The notes under the pieces were generated by a model that saw nothing but the letters and a program-made list of their open reading frames with translations, ran no database searches and had not been told where the DNA came from. This document shows positions 1-15,878 of a DNA stretch of 64,000 nucleotides, in pieces. Within the stretch, counting starts at the first letter, position 1. Every line of letters starts with the position of its first letter. The DNA lies in contig OZ024747.1 in the NCBI GenBank assembly GCA_964016885.1, positions 13,640,001 through 13,704,000 of the forward strand, read 5' to 3'. The position numbers and the translations under genes were made by a program. The DNA comes from Eledone cirrhosa (lineage: Eukaryota).

Positions 1-58
1 TATGGAATCAATGAGATTTTGATGATGTTATTTTATATTTTGAGAACAATACATTAAT

Positions 59-244
59 TGTTTCTATTTTAGGCACAAGGCCAGCAATTACCCAGTACAT
101 TACTGGTACTTTATTTTATCGACCCCGTAAGGATGAAAGGCAAAGTCAACCTCGGCGGGATTTGAACTCAGATCGTAAAGGGATGTAACTATGCTGGAAA
201 GCATGGCGTCCGACCCTCTACCGATACTGCCAATCCACCACCGG
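59..244 (-). mobile_element. tRNA-derived SINE family A (~185 bp), representative copy with 19-bp TSD
   Basis: A-box-like TGGCAGTATCGG, B-box GAGTTCAAATCC, central GCCTTTCATCCTTACGGGGTCGATAAAATAAAGTACCAG (Meta/MESC-like). TSD TTGAGAACAATACATTAAT at 40-58 and 245-263. Other copies near 420, 6665, 6840, 7277, 34080, 34546, 35380, 35545, 35740, 39927, 40232, 40409, 41471, 42710, 44082, 53540, 54130, 54480, 55008, 57200, 62915. Confidence 0.9.
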
Positions 245-639
245 TTGAGAACAATACATTAATGTCAGTATGAATGGCCAGTTATGGCCAGTTTGAACAG
301 GAAGTGGTGAGAGAATTCTGGCTGGATATGGCCGGTTTAAATTTTAAAGGGTTAAACCTGGTAGAGCTTATCCCTCTTCAGATCAGAACATAGCTGACTT
401 CTTCCAGAGAATACATAGAAAGAATTGACCCAAGTATTGAACTGGTATTTTATTTATTGATCTCAAAAGGATGAAAGGCAAAGTTGACTTCAGCAGGATT
501 TGAACTCAGATTAGGGAGAGCCAAAACAAATGCTGAGGCATTTTTAATCCAATGCCATAACAATTCTACCATTTCACTGGTAAGACAGTTGAGTTGGATC
601 TATTTTAACATGTTACATAACCATGTAAAGATTCTTTGG

Positions 640-1414
640 TGAGTAGTAGTAGTAGTAGTAGTACTAGTAGTGGTAATGGTGGTGGTGGTGGTGGTGGTGT
701 GTAATGGAAGTAGTTGTGGTGGTGGTGTAATGACAGTGTTGGTGGTAGTGATGGTGGTGGTGTAATGGCAGTGTTGGTGGTGGTGTAATGGCAGTATCAG
801 TGGTGGTGGTGTGTAATGGAAGTGGTGGTGGTGTAATGACAGTGTTGGTGGTAGTGATGGTGGTGGTGTAATGGCAGTGTTGGTGGTGGTGTAATGGCAG
901 TATCGGTGGTGGTGGTGTGTAATGGAAGTGGTGGTGGTGTAATGACAGTGTTGGTGGTAGTGATGGTGGTGGTGTTGTAATTGAAGTGGTGGTGGTGGTG
1001 GTGTAATGGCAGTGTTGGTGGTAGTGATGGTGATGGTGTAATGGCAGTATTGGTGGTGTTGGTGGTGGTGTTGTAATGGAAGTGGTGGTGGTGATGGTGT
1101 AATGGCAGTATTGGTGGTGGTGGTGGTGGTGTAATGGAAGTGGTGGTGGTGATGGTGTAATGGCAGTATTGGTGGTGGTGGTGGTGGTGTAATGGAAGTG
1201 GTGGTGGTGATGGTGTAAAGGCAGTGGTGGTGGAAATAATAATGTTTGTTTACTAAACTATTGGATTTTACAAAGTGATAATTATTTTGAAAGTATTTCG
1301 TTGTCGGAAGAAGGTTTAAGTGGGGGGGTGGTCTGATGTTGTTGTTGTTACTGTTACTGTTGTTGTTGTTACTGTTGTTATTGTTACTGTTGTTGTTACT
1401 GTTGTTATTGTTAC

Positions 1415-1478
<64 letters not shown>

Positions 1479-3182
1479 GCTGTTGTTGTTGTTACTGTTG
1501 TTGTTGTTACTGTTGTTATTGTTTCTGTTGTTGTTGTTACTGTTGTTATTGTTACTGTTGTTGTTATTGTTGTTGTTGTTACTGTTGTTGTTACTCTTGT
1601 TGTTATTGTTGTTGTTGTTATTGTTGTTACTGTTGTTGTTATTGTTGTTATTGTTATTGTTATTGTTATTGTTGTTGTTGTTGTTGTTATTGTTGTTGTT
1701 ATTGTTATTGTTGCTTTTGTTGTAGCTTTTACTATTGCTGATGCTGTTATTGTTGTTGTTGTTATGGCTGATATTATTGTTGTTGTTATTGTTGTTATTA
1801 TTGTTGTTGCTGTGACCAGTGTTATTATTGTTATTGTTGTGGCCAGTTTTCTCATTGCTACTGTTGTTGTTGTTGTTGTTGTGGCTAGTGTTGTTGTTGT
1901 TGTTATTGTAGTTTCAGTTATCAGTGTTGTTGTTGTCATGGTTAGTGTTGTTGAAGTTGTTATTGTTCATGTCACTATTGTTTTTATTGTCATTTTACTT
2001 GTTATTGTTGTTATTGTTATTGTTGTTGTTATTGTTGTTATTGTTGTTGTTATTGCTGTTCTTATTTCCTGTGTAAGCGCTTTATATTATTGTTTGTTTT
2101 TTGTTGGTTTTTTTTTGTTATTCTTGTAAGATTTTAAACATAATTATTGATTATTGGTTCTTATAAGTTTTTATAATTGATTTCTGTCAGTAGAAGGTTG
2201 ATTTTTTTCTTATATTTGTTTTTTAGTTTTTATTTATTTACTTATTTGTTTATTTATTTATTTTCTATATTTATTTATATTTATTGTATTTCATGATTTT
2301 ACATAATCATGTTTTTTAGAAATACTATTTTTATTACCATTCTGTTTTTTTTATCAACATTAACATCATCATCATCATCATTGTAGTTATACCATCATCA
2401 TCATCATCATCATCATTGTTATACCATCACCATCATCATCATCATCATCATTACTATCATCAATGCGATCATCACCATCATCACCATCATCATCATCATA
2501 ATCATCATTGTGGTTATACCATCAACATCATCACCATTATCACCACCATCACCATGACTATCGTCATCATCACCATCACCATCATCACCATTACTATCAC
2601 CATCACCATCATCACTATCACCACCACCATCATCACTATCACCCCCATCACCAACACCACCACCATCATCACTATCACCACCATCACCACCACCATCATC
2701 ACTATCACCATCACCATCATCACTATCACCACCACCATCATCACTATCACCACCACCATCATCACTATCACCACCACCATCATCACTATCACCATCACCA
2801 TCATCACCATCACTACCACCATCAACACTATCACCACCACCATCATCACTAACACCATCACCAACACCATCACCATCATCACCATCATCACTATCACCAC
2901 CACCATCATCACTATCACCACCACCTTCATCACTAACACCATCACCAACACCATCACCACCATCACCACCACCATCAACCACCACCACCATAATCACTAT
3001 CACCACCACCATCATCACTATCACCACCACCATCAACACTATCACCACCACCATCATCACTAACACCATCACCAACACCATCACCATCATCACCATCAAC
3101 ACTATCACCACCACCATCATCACTATCACCATCACCATCATCACTATTGCCACCATCAACACTATCATCATCATCACCATCA
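640..3182. repeat. Trinucleotide low-complexity tracts
   Basis: (GGT)n with GTAATGGCAGT subunits at 670-1232, (GTT)n at 1336-2060, (CAT/CAC)n at 2360-3182. Confidence 0.95.
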
Positions 3183-3309
3183 ATATTACAGTGTTATGGG
3201 AACTAAAACAGACTATATTGATTATTAATAGTTCAATGTACTTGGTATGGTAATGAGAAGATAACACCAGTGAAAATCTATATAAAATGCACAAGCATAT
3301 AACTATATA

Positions 3310-4900
3310 TACACACATATATACACACACACATACGCTCATACATATACACCTACACAAACATATACATACACATGCACATACATATATACACACACAC
3401 ATACGCTCATACATATACACCTATACAAACATATACATACACATGCACATACATATATACATACACACATATTCTCATACATATACACCTATACAAACAT
3501 ATACAGGCACATGCACATACATATATACACACACACATACGCTCATACACATACACCTATACAAACATATACAGGCACATGCACATACATATATACACAC
3601 ACACATACGCTCATACATATACACCTATACAAACATATACAGGCACATGCACATACACACACACACATACGCTCATACATATACACCTATACAAACATAT
3701 ACATACACAAGCACATACATATATACATACACACATATGCTCATACATATACACCTATACAAACATATACAGACACATGTACATACATATATACACACAC
3801 ACATACGCTCATACATATACACCTATACAAACATATACAGGCACATGCACATACACACACACACATACGCTCATACATATACACCTATACAAATATATAC
3901 AAACACATGCACATACATATATACACACACATACGCTCATACATATACACCTATACAAACATATACAAACACATGCACATACATATATACACACACACAT
4001 ACACTCATACATATACACCGATACAAACATATACAGGCACATGCACATACATATATACACACACACATACGCTCATACATATACACCTATACAAACATAT
4101 ACAGGCACATGCACATACATATATACACACACACATACGCTCATACATATACACCTATACAAACATATACATACACATGCACATACATATATACACACAC
4201 ACACATACGCTCATACATATACACCTATACAAACATATACAGGCACATGCACATACATATATACACACACACACATACGCTCATACATATACACCTATAC
4301 AAACATATACAGGCACATGCACATACATATATACACACACACACATACGCTCATACATATACACCTATACAAACATATACAGACACATGCACATACATAT
4401 ATACACACACACACATACGCTCATACATATACACCTATACAAACATATACAGGCACATGCACATACATATATACACACACACATACGCTCATACATATAC
4501 ACCTATACAAACATATACAGGCACATGCACATACATATATACACACACACATACGCTCATACATATACACCTATACAAACATATACATACACATGCACAT
4601 ACATATATACACACACACACATACGCTCATACATATACACCTATACAAACATATACAGACACATGCACATACATATATACACACACACATACGCTCATAC
4701 ATATACACCTATACAAACATATACAGACACATGCACATACATATATACACACACACATACGCTCATACATATACACCGATACAAACATATACAGGCACAT
4801 GCACATACATATATACACACACACATACGGCCACACATACACACATACATATAGACATATACAAACATAAACAGACACATGCACATACATATATACATAC
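3310..4900. repeat. ~66-70-bp CA/TA-rich minisatellite, about 22 units
   Basis: Unit CATACGCTCATACATATACACCTATACAAACATATACAGGCACATGCACATACATATATA(CA)n. Confidence 0.95.
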
Positions 4901-4924
4901 ACATAAATCATAGGGTCAGATAAT

Positions 4925-5770
<846 letters not shown>

Positions 5771-6058
5771 AATGTGTTTATATGCCATTTATTTATCAGT
5801 GTATGGTTGTATAAAATTAATTATATATAAATATCTGAAAAATAACACTTTCTCACCCCAACCATTATTTTAAAGAGATTACGTCGGAGTCGATATTTCT
5901 ATCCACAACTCCTATGACAACATTTAATTTTTTTATAAAAATCTATATTTACTTTATCATTATATGATTGTCGATTGGTTTTTACTCATACGAATAATGT
6001 GGAGTTGAAATATATATAATAATAATAAAAAAAACCCATGTAACAACAACAATAAAAT

Positions 6059-6094
<36 letters not shown>

Positions 6095-6102
<8 letters not shown>

Positions 6103-6640
6103 TAATGCTTTCTTTATTAACCACAAGGGTTTACATAAAGTAGACATTAAGGACAGTACAGGACAATACAGGACGGTACAAATGGGCATTTCTGCGTGTA
6201 AAAGAAAACAGAGGATGTAATAAACAAATAACAGTGAAAAATTCCCCAATAGAGGGGAGAATTCCGAGGGACATTTGTGGAGAAAGCCCATTAAAAGGCC
6301 ACAGTGACCCTGACCACCAGAGCAAGTGCCCTCTCCCAGTTTTCCACCTTTTATTTACAGACACATACTCAGAGTAGGCCCATTCACTCGGGCCATACTT
6401 GCTTCTCTCACCCATCTTTCAACAAAATGCTGGGAAGAGAGCACTTCCCTCTCTACCCTGATTTTCCTTTTCAAATGAAATTTGAAAAAGTTAATCAGGG
6501 CATCACCGAAGAGGTAAGTGCTCGTCTTCAGCCCTTTCAAACGTGTCCACCATACTATCTCTTTCGCCATGGCCACCAGACAGATAAAAACTGCTTTCCC
6601 TTCCTGGCTAAAGGAAGAGGGCGGGGCAATCCTCACGAAT
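6095..6640 (-). mobile_element. Tx1/L1-like LINE 3' fragment in (TAA)n
   Basis: FICLVAMAKEIVWWTRLKGL..KRKIRVERE..FVERW; the 3' UTR recurs at 54345-54460. Confidence 0.6.
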
Positions 6641-7935
6641 AATATAATTATTATTATTATTATTATTTCTACTTTTGGCACAAGGCTAGCAATTACCCCA
6701 GTACATTACTGGTACTTTATTTTATCGACCCCGTAAGGATGAAAGGCAAAGTTAACCTGGTGGGATTTGAACTCAGAACATAAAGGTCCATAACTCTATG
6801 CTGCAAAGCATGGCGTCTGACACTCTACTGATACTGATAATGATTTCTGATTTAGGCACAAGGCCAACAGTTTTGGAGGGAGGAAGGGGAAAGTCGATTA
6901 AATCGACCCTACTGCATTACTGGTACTTTATTTTATCAGCTCTGTAAGGATGAAAGGCAAAGCTAACCTCAGCGGGATTTGAACACAGAACATAAAGGGA
7001 TGTAACTATATTCTGCAAAGCATGTTGTTGACGCTGCCAATCCACCAAGAAAGTTAGTTATATTACTAAATCCTTCCAAATTTTTGATTAGTTTCAAAAT
7101 TATTTGAAAATTATATACAAAGTCTTTTATTAAAAATATGGTCATAAATTAGAATTTTTTTATAACTAAAGGTGACTAAATTTCCATTACTTTAAGTTTC
7201 TTGCTGAATCAGCAATCATCAAGTCATGGGGTCTATTCTACTGTGCAGTCTCTTGGGCAAATGTTTTTTACCATAAGGGCGGTGGATTGGCAGTATCAGT
7301 AGAGGGTCGGACGCCATGCTTTTCAGCATAGTTACGTCCCTTTACAATCTGAGTTCAAATCCCGCCGAGGTTGACTTTGCCTTTCATCCTTATGGGGTCG
7401 ATAAAATAAAGTACCAGTAATGCACTGGGTAATTGCTGGCCTTGTGCCTAAAGTAGAAACAGTTATTTACCATAACCTTGGATTAAACCATACCTTGTGA
7501 GTGAAATTGAGATGGACGGTACTTGTAATTAAAAAAACCTGCCATATCTCATAGTGTGTTACATTGGATCTCCCTGAGAATTATGTTAAGAGTACATATG
7601 TTTGGTGAATGCTCAGCCACTTATATGTCAACTTCAGAAGCAGGAAGTTATCATCAAGTTGATATACACCATATATATGCTTATAGGTTGCACCAGTAGA
7701 TAAGTCACATGTGGTTTATTCATGACATATTTTATATATCATCATCATCATCATCATCATCATTATTTTATATATCATCATCATCATCATCATTATTTTA
7801 CGTCCGCTATATATATATAATATATATATTTAGTATATATATATATATATATATATATAAATATATATATATATATTTATATATATATATGTATCATCAT
7901 CATATATTTAGTATATATATATATACATATATATT

Positions 7936-8007
<72 letters not shown>

Positions 8008-8415
8008 ATATATATATAAATATATATATATATGTATAATATTATATATATATATATGTATATATATATGTAGATATATATATATATATACACACGTACT
8101 CACACACACACACACACACATACACACACATATATATATATATAGAGGGAGAGAGGGAGAGAGGGGGGGGGGGGGAGAAATGAGTGAAAGAGAGAGGAAG
8201 TCAGAGAAGGAGCAAAAGAAGAGAAATGAAGACTGTGTGTACCTGTACCTATTTACAAGGTAATCAGCAGTGAATATAGATGAGGTTGTGGCAGATCAAA
8301 GGAAGTTTTTCTAATGCAACCTCATCTACTGCCTCTGGCTTCAGAAGCATGGAACTTTCTTGATAAATACACACACTCAACTGTATACATAGACATATAC
8401 ATACCCATAGTCATG

Positions 8416-8446
<31 letters not shown>

Positions 8447-8542
8447 TTGTGTTTATATATAATATACATATATTATATATAATATACATATATTATATAT
8501 AATATATATATATAATATATATATGTATATATATATATATAC

Positions 8543-8581
<39 letters not shown>

Positions 8582-8762
8582 TATATGTATATATATATAT
8601 AATATATATGTATATATATATAATATATATATGTGTATATATAATATATATATGATATAATATATATATATGTATATATGTTATATATATATGTATATAT
8701 ATATATATTATATATATTTTATATATATATATGTGTGTATATATATATATTATATATATATA

Positions 8763-8833
<71 letters not shown>

Positions 8834-8973
8834 AATATATATATATATATGTATAAATGCATATATATATGTATATATATATATTTTATATATATATATA
8901 TGTGTGTATATATATATATTATATATATATATATATGTACAAATGCATATATATATATGTATATATATATGTA

Positions 8974-9011
<38 letters not shown>

Positions 9012-9929
9012 GATGCATATATATATATATATATGTATAGATGCATATATATATATGCAACTATCAATCTATGTAGTGAACAATAAATGTGTATATTTAC
9101 ATCTGTATGTACATACACACACATATATCAACATAGCAGCACGTGACTAGATATGAATACGTACAAACATCAAATATAGCAGCTTTATAAGCCTGTATAT
9201 AAATGTCATTATAAATAAATGCATGTAGTTGCCTGAAACAAAACTCATATAAATTTTACCCAGTACACCCAACATTCATACACCATCATGCATACAAAAC
9301 TTCAATAGAGGTAGGTTTTAATAGTTGGTAGCTTATTAGTTATAGCTTTCGACTCATGATTTTAAGGTCATGAGTTCAATTCCCAGTTATGTTGGGCTTT
9401 TGAGCTGGACACTTTATTTCACATTGCTCTAGTCCACTCAACTGTCAAAAAATGAGTTGTACCTGTAAATCAAAGGGCCAGGGCCAGCTTTGTCATATAC
9501 AATCTCATGTGGAATCTCCCTTAGAACTATGTAAGGATATGTGAGTTTGTTAAATACTTACTCACTTTTACATTGATTTCATGAGTAGCCTGCTCTGTTG
9601 TAGATAAATCTGGAACACTTGTCAGAAATATTGTCATACATACAAATATTGTGATGCATATAAATTTTGTCATCTATACAAAATATCTATATGTGTAGAA
9701 TTGTTGTGTGTTGTAGCTAAGAAGTTTGCTTTGCAGCCATTAGGTCATGGTTTCCATATGTGTGAAATTGGATAGACGGAAAATATTTGGCAGCCTGTGA
9801 GATAGATTGGGTCTGTAAATCTAAGGACCAGCTTTGTCACACACTGTCATGCTTAAACACTCTGACAAACATGTTAAGAGTACATCTGTCTGTGATATAC
9901 TCAGCCACTTACATGTTAATTTCATGAGT

Positions 9930-10152
9930 TGGCAGTTCTTACAGGCAAAACCAACCAGTAGGCGGCCCAGGTGTAGACCCAAAACAAGATGGATGGATAA
10001 AATCCATGAGCTCAACTGGTTTTGCTTGAGGATCCAGCCGGATCAATTTGACACAGTTACTTCTGACAGGACCCACTGGAAGGAGTGTTAGAGGACTCTT
10101 ATCTCATGACCCTCACATGAATAAGGGGGAACAAAGGGAAGAGAAGAAGAAG
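9930..10152 (+). mobile_element. RTE (Expander-like) 3' fragment
   Basis: QAKPTSRRPRCRPKTRWMDKIHELNWFCLRI..DRTHW, ending GAAGAGAAGAAGAAG. Confidence 0.7.
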
Positions 10153-11511
10153 GTAGTTTCATTGATCAGACAACTGGAACTCTCATTATGGAAACCAATG
10201 GAGATCCAACCATTATACTGTAACTCCATTACTTGTCTGGAGTTTCTTTGGGTGGTCATTGAAATCACATTTTAGTTGGGACACTCAGAAAGTAAAGGTT
10301 TAGGTTGAGCCAAAGCTATTCTAATGGATACATTCCCAAAATGCCACACAGTGGGATTGAACCCTGGGACCTTATCATCATGAAGTGAACTTTTTAACCA
10401 TTTGGCCATGCTGTGTCTACAGAGATTGCAGTACTCTTCTTAAAAGCTATCACTACTATTTTTTATCAGGCAATATGCCAGTCAAAGTATTGATAAGCCT
10501 GCAATCACTGTTATCAAGACAAAAAGCTTATTTTTAAGGCAGCTCTTACTCGCTTTAACACAAAACAATTATGGTATATTGTAGCATTTTATAGAAATAT
10601 CAATACCACTTCATCTTCCAGCAGAGCCAATTCCACTGGAATGAAAGAATAAAAGAAATATGGTGATTGTGTGGAGAAAGAGTGATTTATCTGCTGGACC
10701 ATATACTAAACTATTGTAGTAAACATTGGGTTAGTTTTTTTCATTAGAAATAGAAATATATTTAATTTTATGTACAAATATACTTTACAGCTGAATACTT
10801 CTCTTATATTTAGGATAGAATATCCACATTGAAACATATATATATATATTATCATACTCTAAAATGTAGCCCATTGTTTTATGTACAGAATAACTAAAGT
10901 AGTATTCAATTTCTTAACCAAACTTCAACAAAGTAATTGGCAGATTAGTGATTAGGATGTTTGACTCCCAAACATAAGGACATGAGTTTGATTCGCAGTG
11001 GTGTGCTGTGTCCTTGGACTCTACTAAGTGCACCAGGTGCATTTTATTATGCCACCAGCACTAGGGAGTTTGTCAATTCTTGGACACAGTTAATGAGTTC
11101 GCCCAACCCTTTGTTTGGCAAATTTTCTATGGTTTGATGCCCTTCCTATCACCAACTACTTTACTGAGAATTGATATATATATGTGTGTGTGTGTTTCTG
11201 TCTTAAGCCAGAAGGGTCATTTGGCCAGTGCTTATCCCGGTTTCATGGCATGAAGTGACTGAGAGTACAAGATTCCCCCTGGACAGGATGCCAGTCCATT
11301 GCAGGGTTAAACCCCCAGCTATTACTGGTACTCATTTTCAGCTGAGTATACTGGAGCAATGTGAAATGAAGTGTTTTGCCCAAGAACACAACACACAAAC
11401 CTGGAATCGAACCCACAACAATATGATCGTAAGTCCAACATCCTTACCACTAGGACACGTGCCTCCACATATATGAGTATGTGTATTTATATATGTATGT
11501 GAATACAAAGG

Positions 11512-11598
<87 letters not shown>

Positions 11599-11622
11599 AT
11601 GATGATATATATTGATATATAA

Positions 11623-11675
<53 letters not shown>

Positions 11676-12440
11676 TCATCATCATGGATGTTAATGATGA
11701 TGATATATATCATCAATTCAGGTCTGCCTCTCCATATAAATATCCATATAAATATTATAATGTATGTATGTATGTATATATGTAAATGCATATGGAAATG
11801 CATATGGAAATGCATGCATATATATATGTAAATGCACTCATATGAGCATATGTCTAGGTCCATTCATTCATTCATGCATATCAAAAACAGAATAACTCAT
11901 TGACAGCAAGTTATTTCGATAACTCCCAATGCCATTTCCAGCACTAGTCAGTAACAAATAACAACAAACAATACAGTTATCCAGTTAATAATATATGTTT
12001 TAATAAGGAAAGAGCATCATTATATAAATATCTGAATGTAATGAACATTTCAGATTAAATATAGAATGTTGTTTGTTTGTTGTTGTTGTTGTTTTTATTG
12101 TTGCTTCAATCATCTTTCTAAACTATACACTACACAATCTCTACACAATGAAGTTAGATTTGCTGCAACACTGTTGTTACATTGTTATTTTTCTGTCAGT
12201 AATATCCTGGGTATTTTAGAAAATAATATTTGCTCTCAATGACCATCCAACAAGACTGTTATGATTTTCAGAAGCTTGTTTAATTTTTTCTTTTTTTTCC
12301 ATAGCTCTGTGGATATGGAGTTCTGTTGATCACCTATATATATATGTATGTATGTATATATATATATATATATATCATCATCATCAATATCATCATTTTA
12401 CGTCCGCCTTTCCCTGCTTGCAAGGGTGGGACATATATAT

Positions 12441-12490
<50 letters not shown>

Positions 12491-12495
<5 letters not shown>

Positions 12496-12836
12496 AAATT
12501 GAGGTTGGTAATGGCACATGGAATATATAAGAGACAGAATACTTTTTTGTGAAAAAACATAATTTTATAAGGTAAGGAAATAATAAAGGGTATAAAAAAT
12601 GACCGGTTTCGATGGGTCTGCAAAAGCCATCTTTTCAAATGTTGATTAGATGTTGAAAAGATGGCTTTTGCAGACCCATCGAAACCGGTCATTTTTTATA
12701 CCCTTTATTATTTCCTTACCTTATAAAATTATGTTTTTTCACAAAAAAGTATTCTGTCTCTTATATATTCCATGTGCCATTACCAACCTCAATTTTCTCT
12801 ATAACCTTCGCTTTGTGTAGAAAATTACACTTTTCA
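12491..12836. repeat. 148-bp-arm palindrome with one-sided tail (probable PLE-derived)
   Basis: 12491-12638 is the reverse complement of 12653-12800 with no mismatch seen by eye; 14-nt loop; 36-bp tail followed by (TA)n. Confidence 0.85.
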
Positions 12837-13254
12837 TATATATATATACACATACATTGTCATCATCATCACTGTTTTAAGTCCGTTCTTCCACGCTAGC
12901 ATGGGTTAGATGGGTTGTCCTGTTGTGGGCAATACCAGGTCAGGTAACCATGTCTTGCTCATACAGAACTGATTTTGGCTTGATTTCTACAGCTGGATGC
13001 CCTTCCTAAAACCAACCCCATTTACAGTGAGTGCTGGGTGCTTCGACCACTTTACAGTGTGGACTGGGTGCTTTTTGTCATGACACCTCCACGACCACTT
13101 TACAGTGGGAGGGGGTGGGGGCATACTGTCTATATGCTTCAGCTTCAGCTTGTACCCATGGGAAGTCGGGTCTTCTGTATTACTATGTAACACCAGAGGT
13201 CTCCTGTGTCATCGCCTTTGAGAGGTTCAATTGGGCAAGGTCAGCTTATATATA

Positions 13255-13977
13255 TATATCATCCTCATCATCATCATCATTTCATTTTACGTCCGCTTTT
13301 TCCCTGCTTGCAAGGGTGGGACGGGAACTGATTCTGGCTTGCTTTCTACAGCTGGATGCCCTTCCTAACACCAACCTTATTTACAGTGAGTGCCGGGTGC
13401 TTTTTTGCCGTGGCACCTCCACGACCACTTTGCAGTGGAATGATATGGACCCCAGTCCCTATCATCTCATTTCTACAGCTGAGTAAACTGGAGCAATGTG
13501 AAATAAAGTGTCTTGTTCAAGGAAACAACACATCACCCAGTTTGAGAATTGAACTCACAATCTTTCGATTGCAAGGCCAATGCTCTAACCACTAAGCCAT
13601 GTGCCTCCATATATATATATATCATCATCATTATCATCGTCATCATTTCATTTTACGTCCGCTTTTTCCCTGCTTGCAAGGGTGGGACGGGAACTGATTC
13701 TGGCTTGATTTCTACAGCTGGATGCCCTTCCTAACACCAGCCTCATTTACAGTGAGTGCTGGGTGCTTTTTTTTCTCATGGCACCTCCACGACCACTTAG
13801 CAGTGGAATGATATGAACCCCAGTCCCTATCATCTCATTTCTACAGCTGAGTAAACTGGAGCAATGTGAAATAAAGAGTCTTGCTCAAGGAAACAACACA
13901 TTACCCGGTCTGAGAATTGAACTCACAACCTTTCGATTGCAAGGCCAATGCTCTAACCACTAAGCCATGTGCCTCCC
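13255..13977 (-). mobile_element. Two tandem CORE-type SINEs (family B, ~350 bp) with RTE-like tail
   Basis: Head GGAGGCACATGGCTTAGTGGTTAGAGC..GAGTTCAATTC; CORE-like CTTGAGCAAGACACTTTATTTCACATTGCTCCAGTTTACTCAGCTGTAGAAATG; tail CCCACCCTTGCAAGCAGGG..GGACGTAAAATGA(TGA)n. Relatives at 9330, 11200-11467, 19700-19960. Confidence 0.88.
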
Positions 13978-14169
13978 TGTGTATCAATATGAATGTAGTA
14001 GAAACCTGTTAGGCCATTAATCACCAGAGTGCTCAATACTTGGGGTAGTAGAGTGTGGTAATATGAAAGAGTCTGGACACCAACAGCTGAGCTCTTGCCA
14101 TTTCAATAACTAGTTCCAAAGTAGCTGTTAAAATGGCAAGAGCTCAAATGGAGTAGGGTACCATTAGTA

Positions 14170-14400
14170 ATCACCTATCTCTGTCATGAACCAGGATAGG
14201 GGTTGTTGGAAAGTCTTTACCATTCCATTCCTTAATGTTATCAGCCCATTTTCTCTTCTGACATCCTTGGTTTCTTTTCCATGGAACTGTCTCTTGGAAA
14301 ATGGTCTTGGTCAATCCGTTATATCGTGTCACATGACCATATCATCTCATTTTCCTTTACTGTGGTTAGAAGGTCTTTATAAGAGCTCACATGTTACCTG
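14170..14400 (-). mobile_element. RTE/BovB-like fragment
   Basis: Reverse translation gives YGHVTR.NGLTKTIFQETVP..KRKWADNIKEW. Confidence 0.7.
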
Positions 14401-14483
14401 ATTGATATTCAAATGCTTTTGTTGCTTATGCGTTCCTTATAGACAATGCCCATTATTTTTCTGAAACATAAACATACATGCAG

Positions 14484-14584
<101 letters not shown>

Positions 14585-15059
14585 CAAGTATATATAAAGC
14601 CATATACTATATGTTTATATATGATAAACATATATAAGTCCTACTACATATGTTTTTAACTGTGATATCATGCCTTTGTATACATCTCTATTATAAATCA
14701 CATCATACTGCTAATATACATATATACATATATATATACACATATATATATATTGTGAAGATGATGATAATAACAATGATGATGATGATGATGATGGTAA
14801 TAGTGATAATAATAATGATGGTGATGATGTTGATGGTAATGGTAACAATAAGAGTGATGAAAAACACAAATCAAAGTAAGTCAGGGTCCTTAATTAAGGA
14901 ATTTGAGGAATTTGTGGAATGTATACATATCATTAAAAAAAATTGAATTGTGTCTTTTTTTCTTCTTTTTCAATTAAATTAGATTGCATTTCACGTGAAT
15001 TGTATTTATGTTAAGCTTTTCATGAATAGAACTTTTGAAGGAATCTAGGTGTTGGTGAG

Positions 15060-15797
15060 TTTTTTACTCTTCCTCTCTGCTTCCCCCCATTCCTCCTCCT
15101 CTGCCTCCTCCTCCTTCTTTTCTGCCCTTCCTCCTCCTCCTCCTCCACCCCTCCTTCCTTCTCTTCCCCCCTCCACCTACTCCTCATCCGCCTCGTCCCC
15201 CCCATCCTCTGTCTCACCCTCCACCTCCTCATCTCCCCCCCCCGCCCCTCATCATCATCATAATCATCATCATCATAATAATAACAATAAAGACCACCAC
15301 CACCATCACCAGCCACTCCACCACCAGCACCACCACCAATACCACCACCAATACCACCACCATCACCACCACCACCACCACCACCACTACCATCACCAGC
15401 CTCCCCACCACCACCACCACCACCAATACCACCACCACCACCACCACCACCACCACCACCACCAATACCACCACCACCACCACCACCACCACCACCACCA
15501 CCACCACTACCGTCACCAGCCTCCCCACCACCACCACCACCACCACCATCATCACATTTCAAATCATTTTGAAAATAACCAAGAATTTAATAGTATAGCT
15601 AACTTTCTCATTATAAAGCCATTGTTGGGAGAATAACTTAACAAAGGTTCTTACATAACATTAGGGTGGAATATCTTTAGATAAATATAAAGATTATAAA
15701 ATAAATAGTTATAATTATATAAAGTAAACAATGTTGTGTCATAGAATCGGGGCTATGGTCCACCTGGTATCTTACCAACCCCTATTTGTTGTTATAT

Positions 15798-15878
<81 letters not shown>

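Noticed and set aside
1274-1337. C/D-box snoRNA candidate (GTGATAA..CTGA)
   Set aside because: Imperfect C box, no terminal stem, and no rRNA-complementary guide that I can recognise.
13530-13607. tRNA genes (A/B-box sequences here and in SINE A heads)
   Set aside because: They are SINE heads continuous with CORE or Meta-like bodies; no complete cloverleaf seen.
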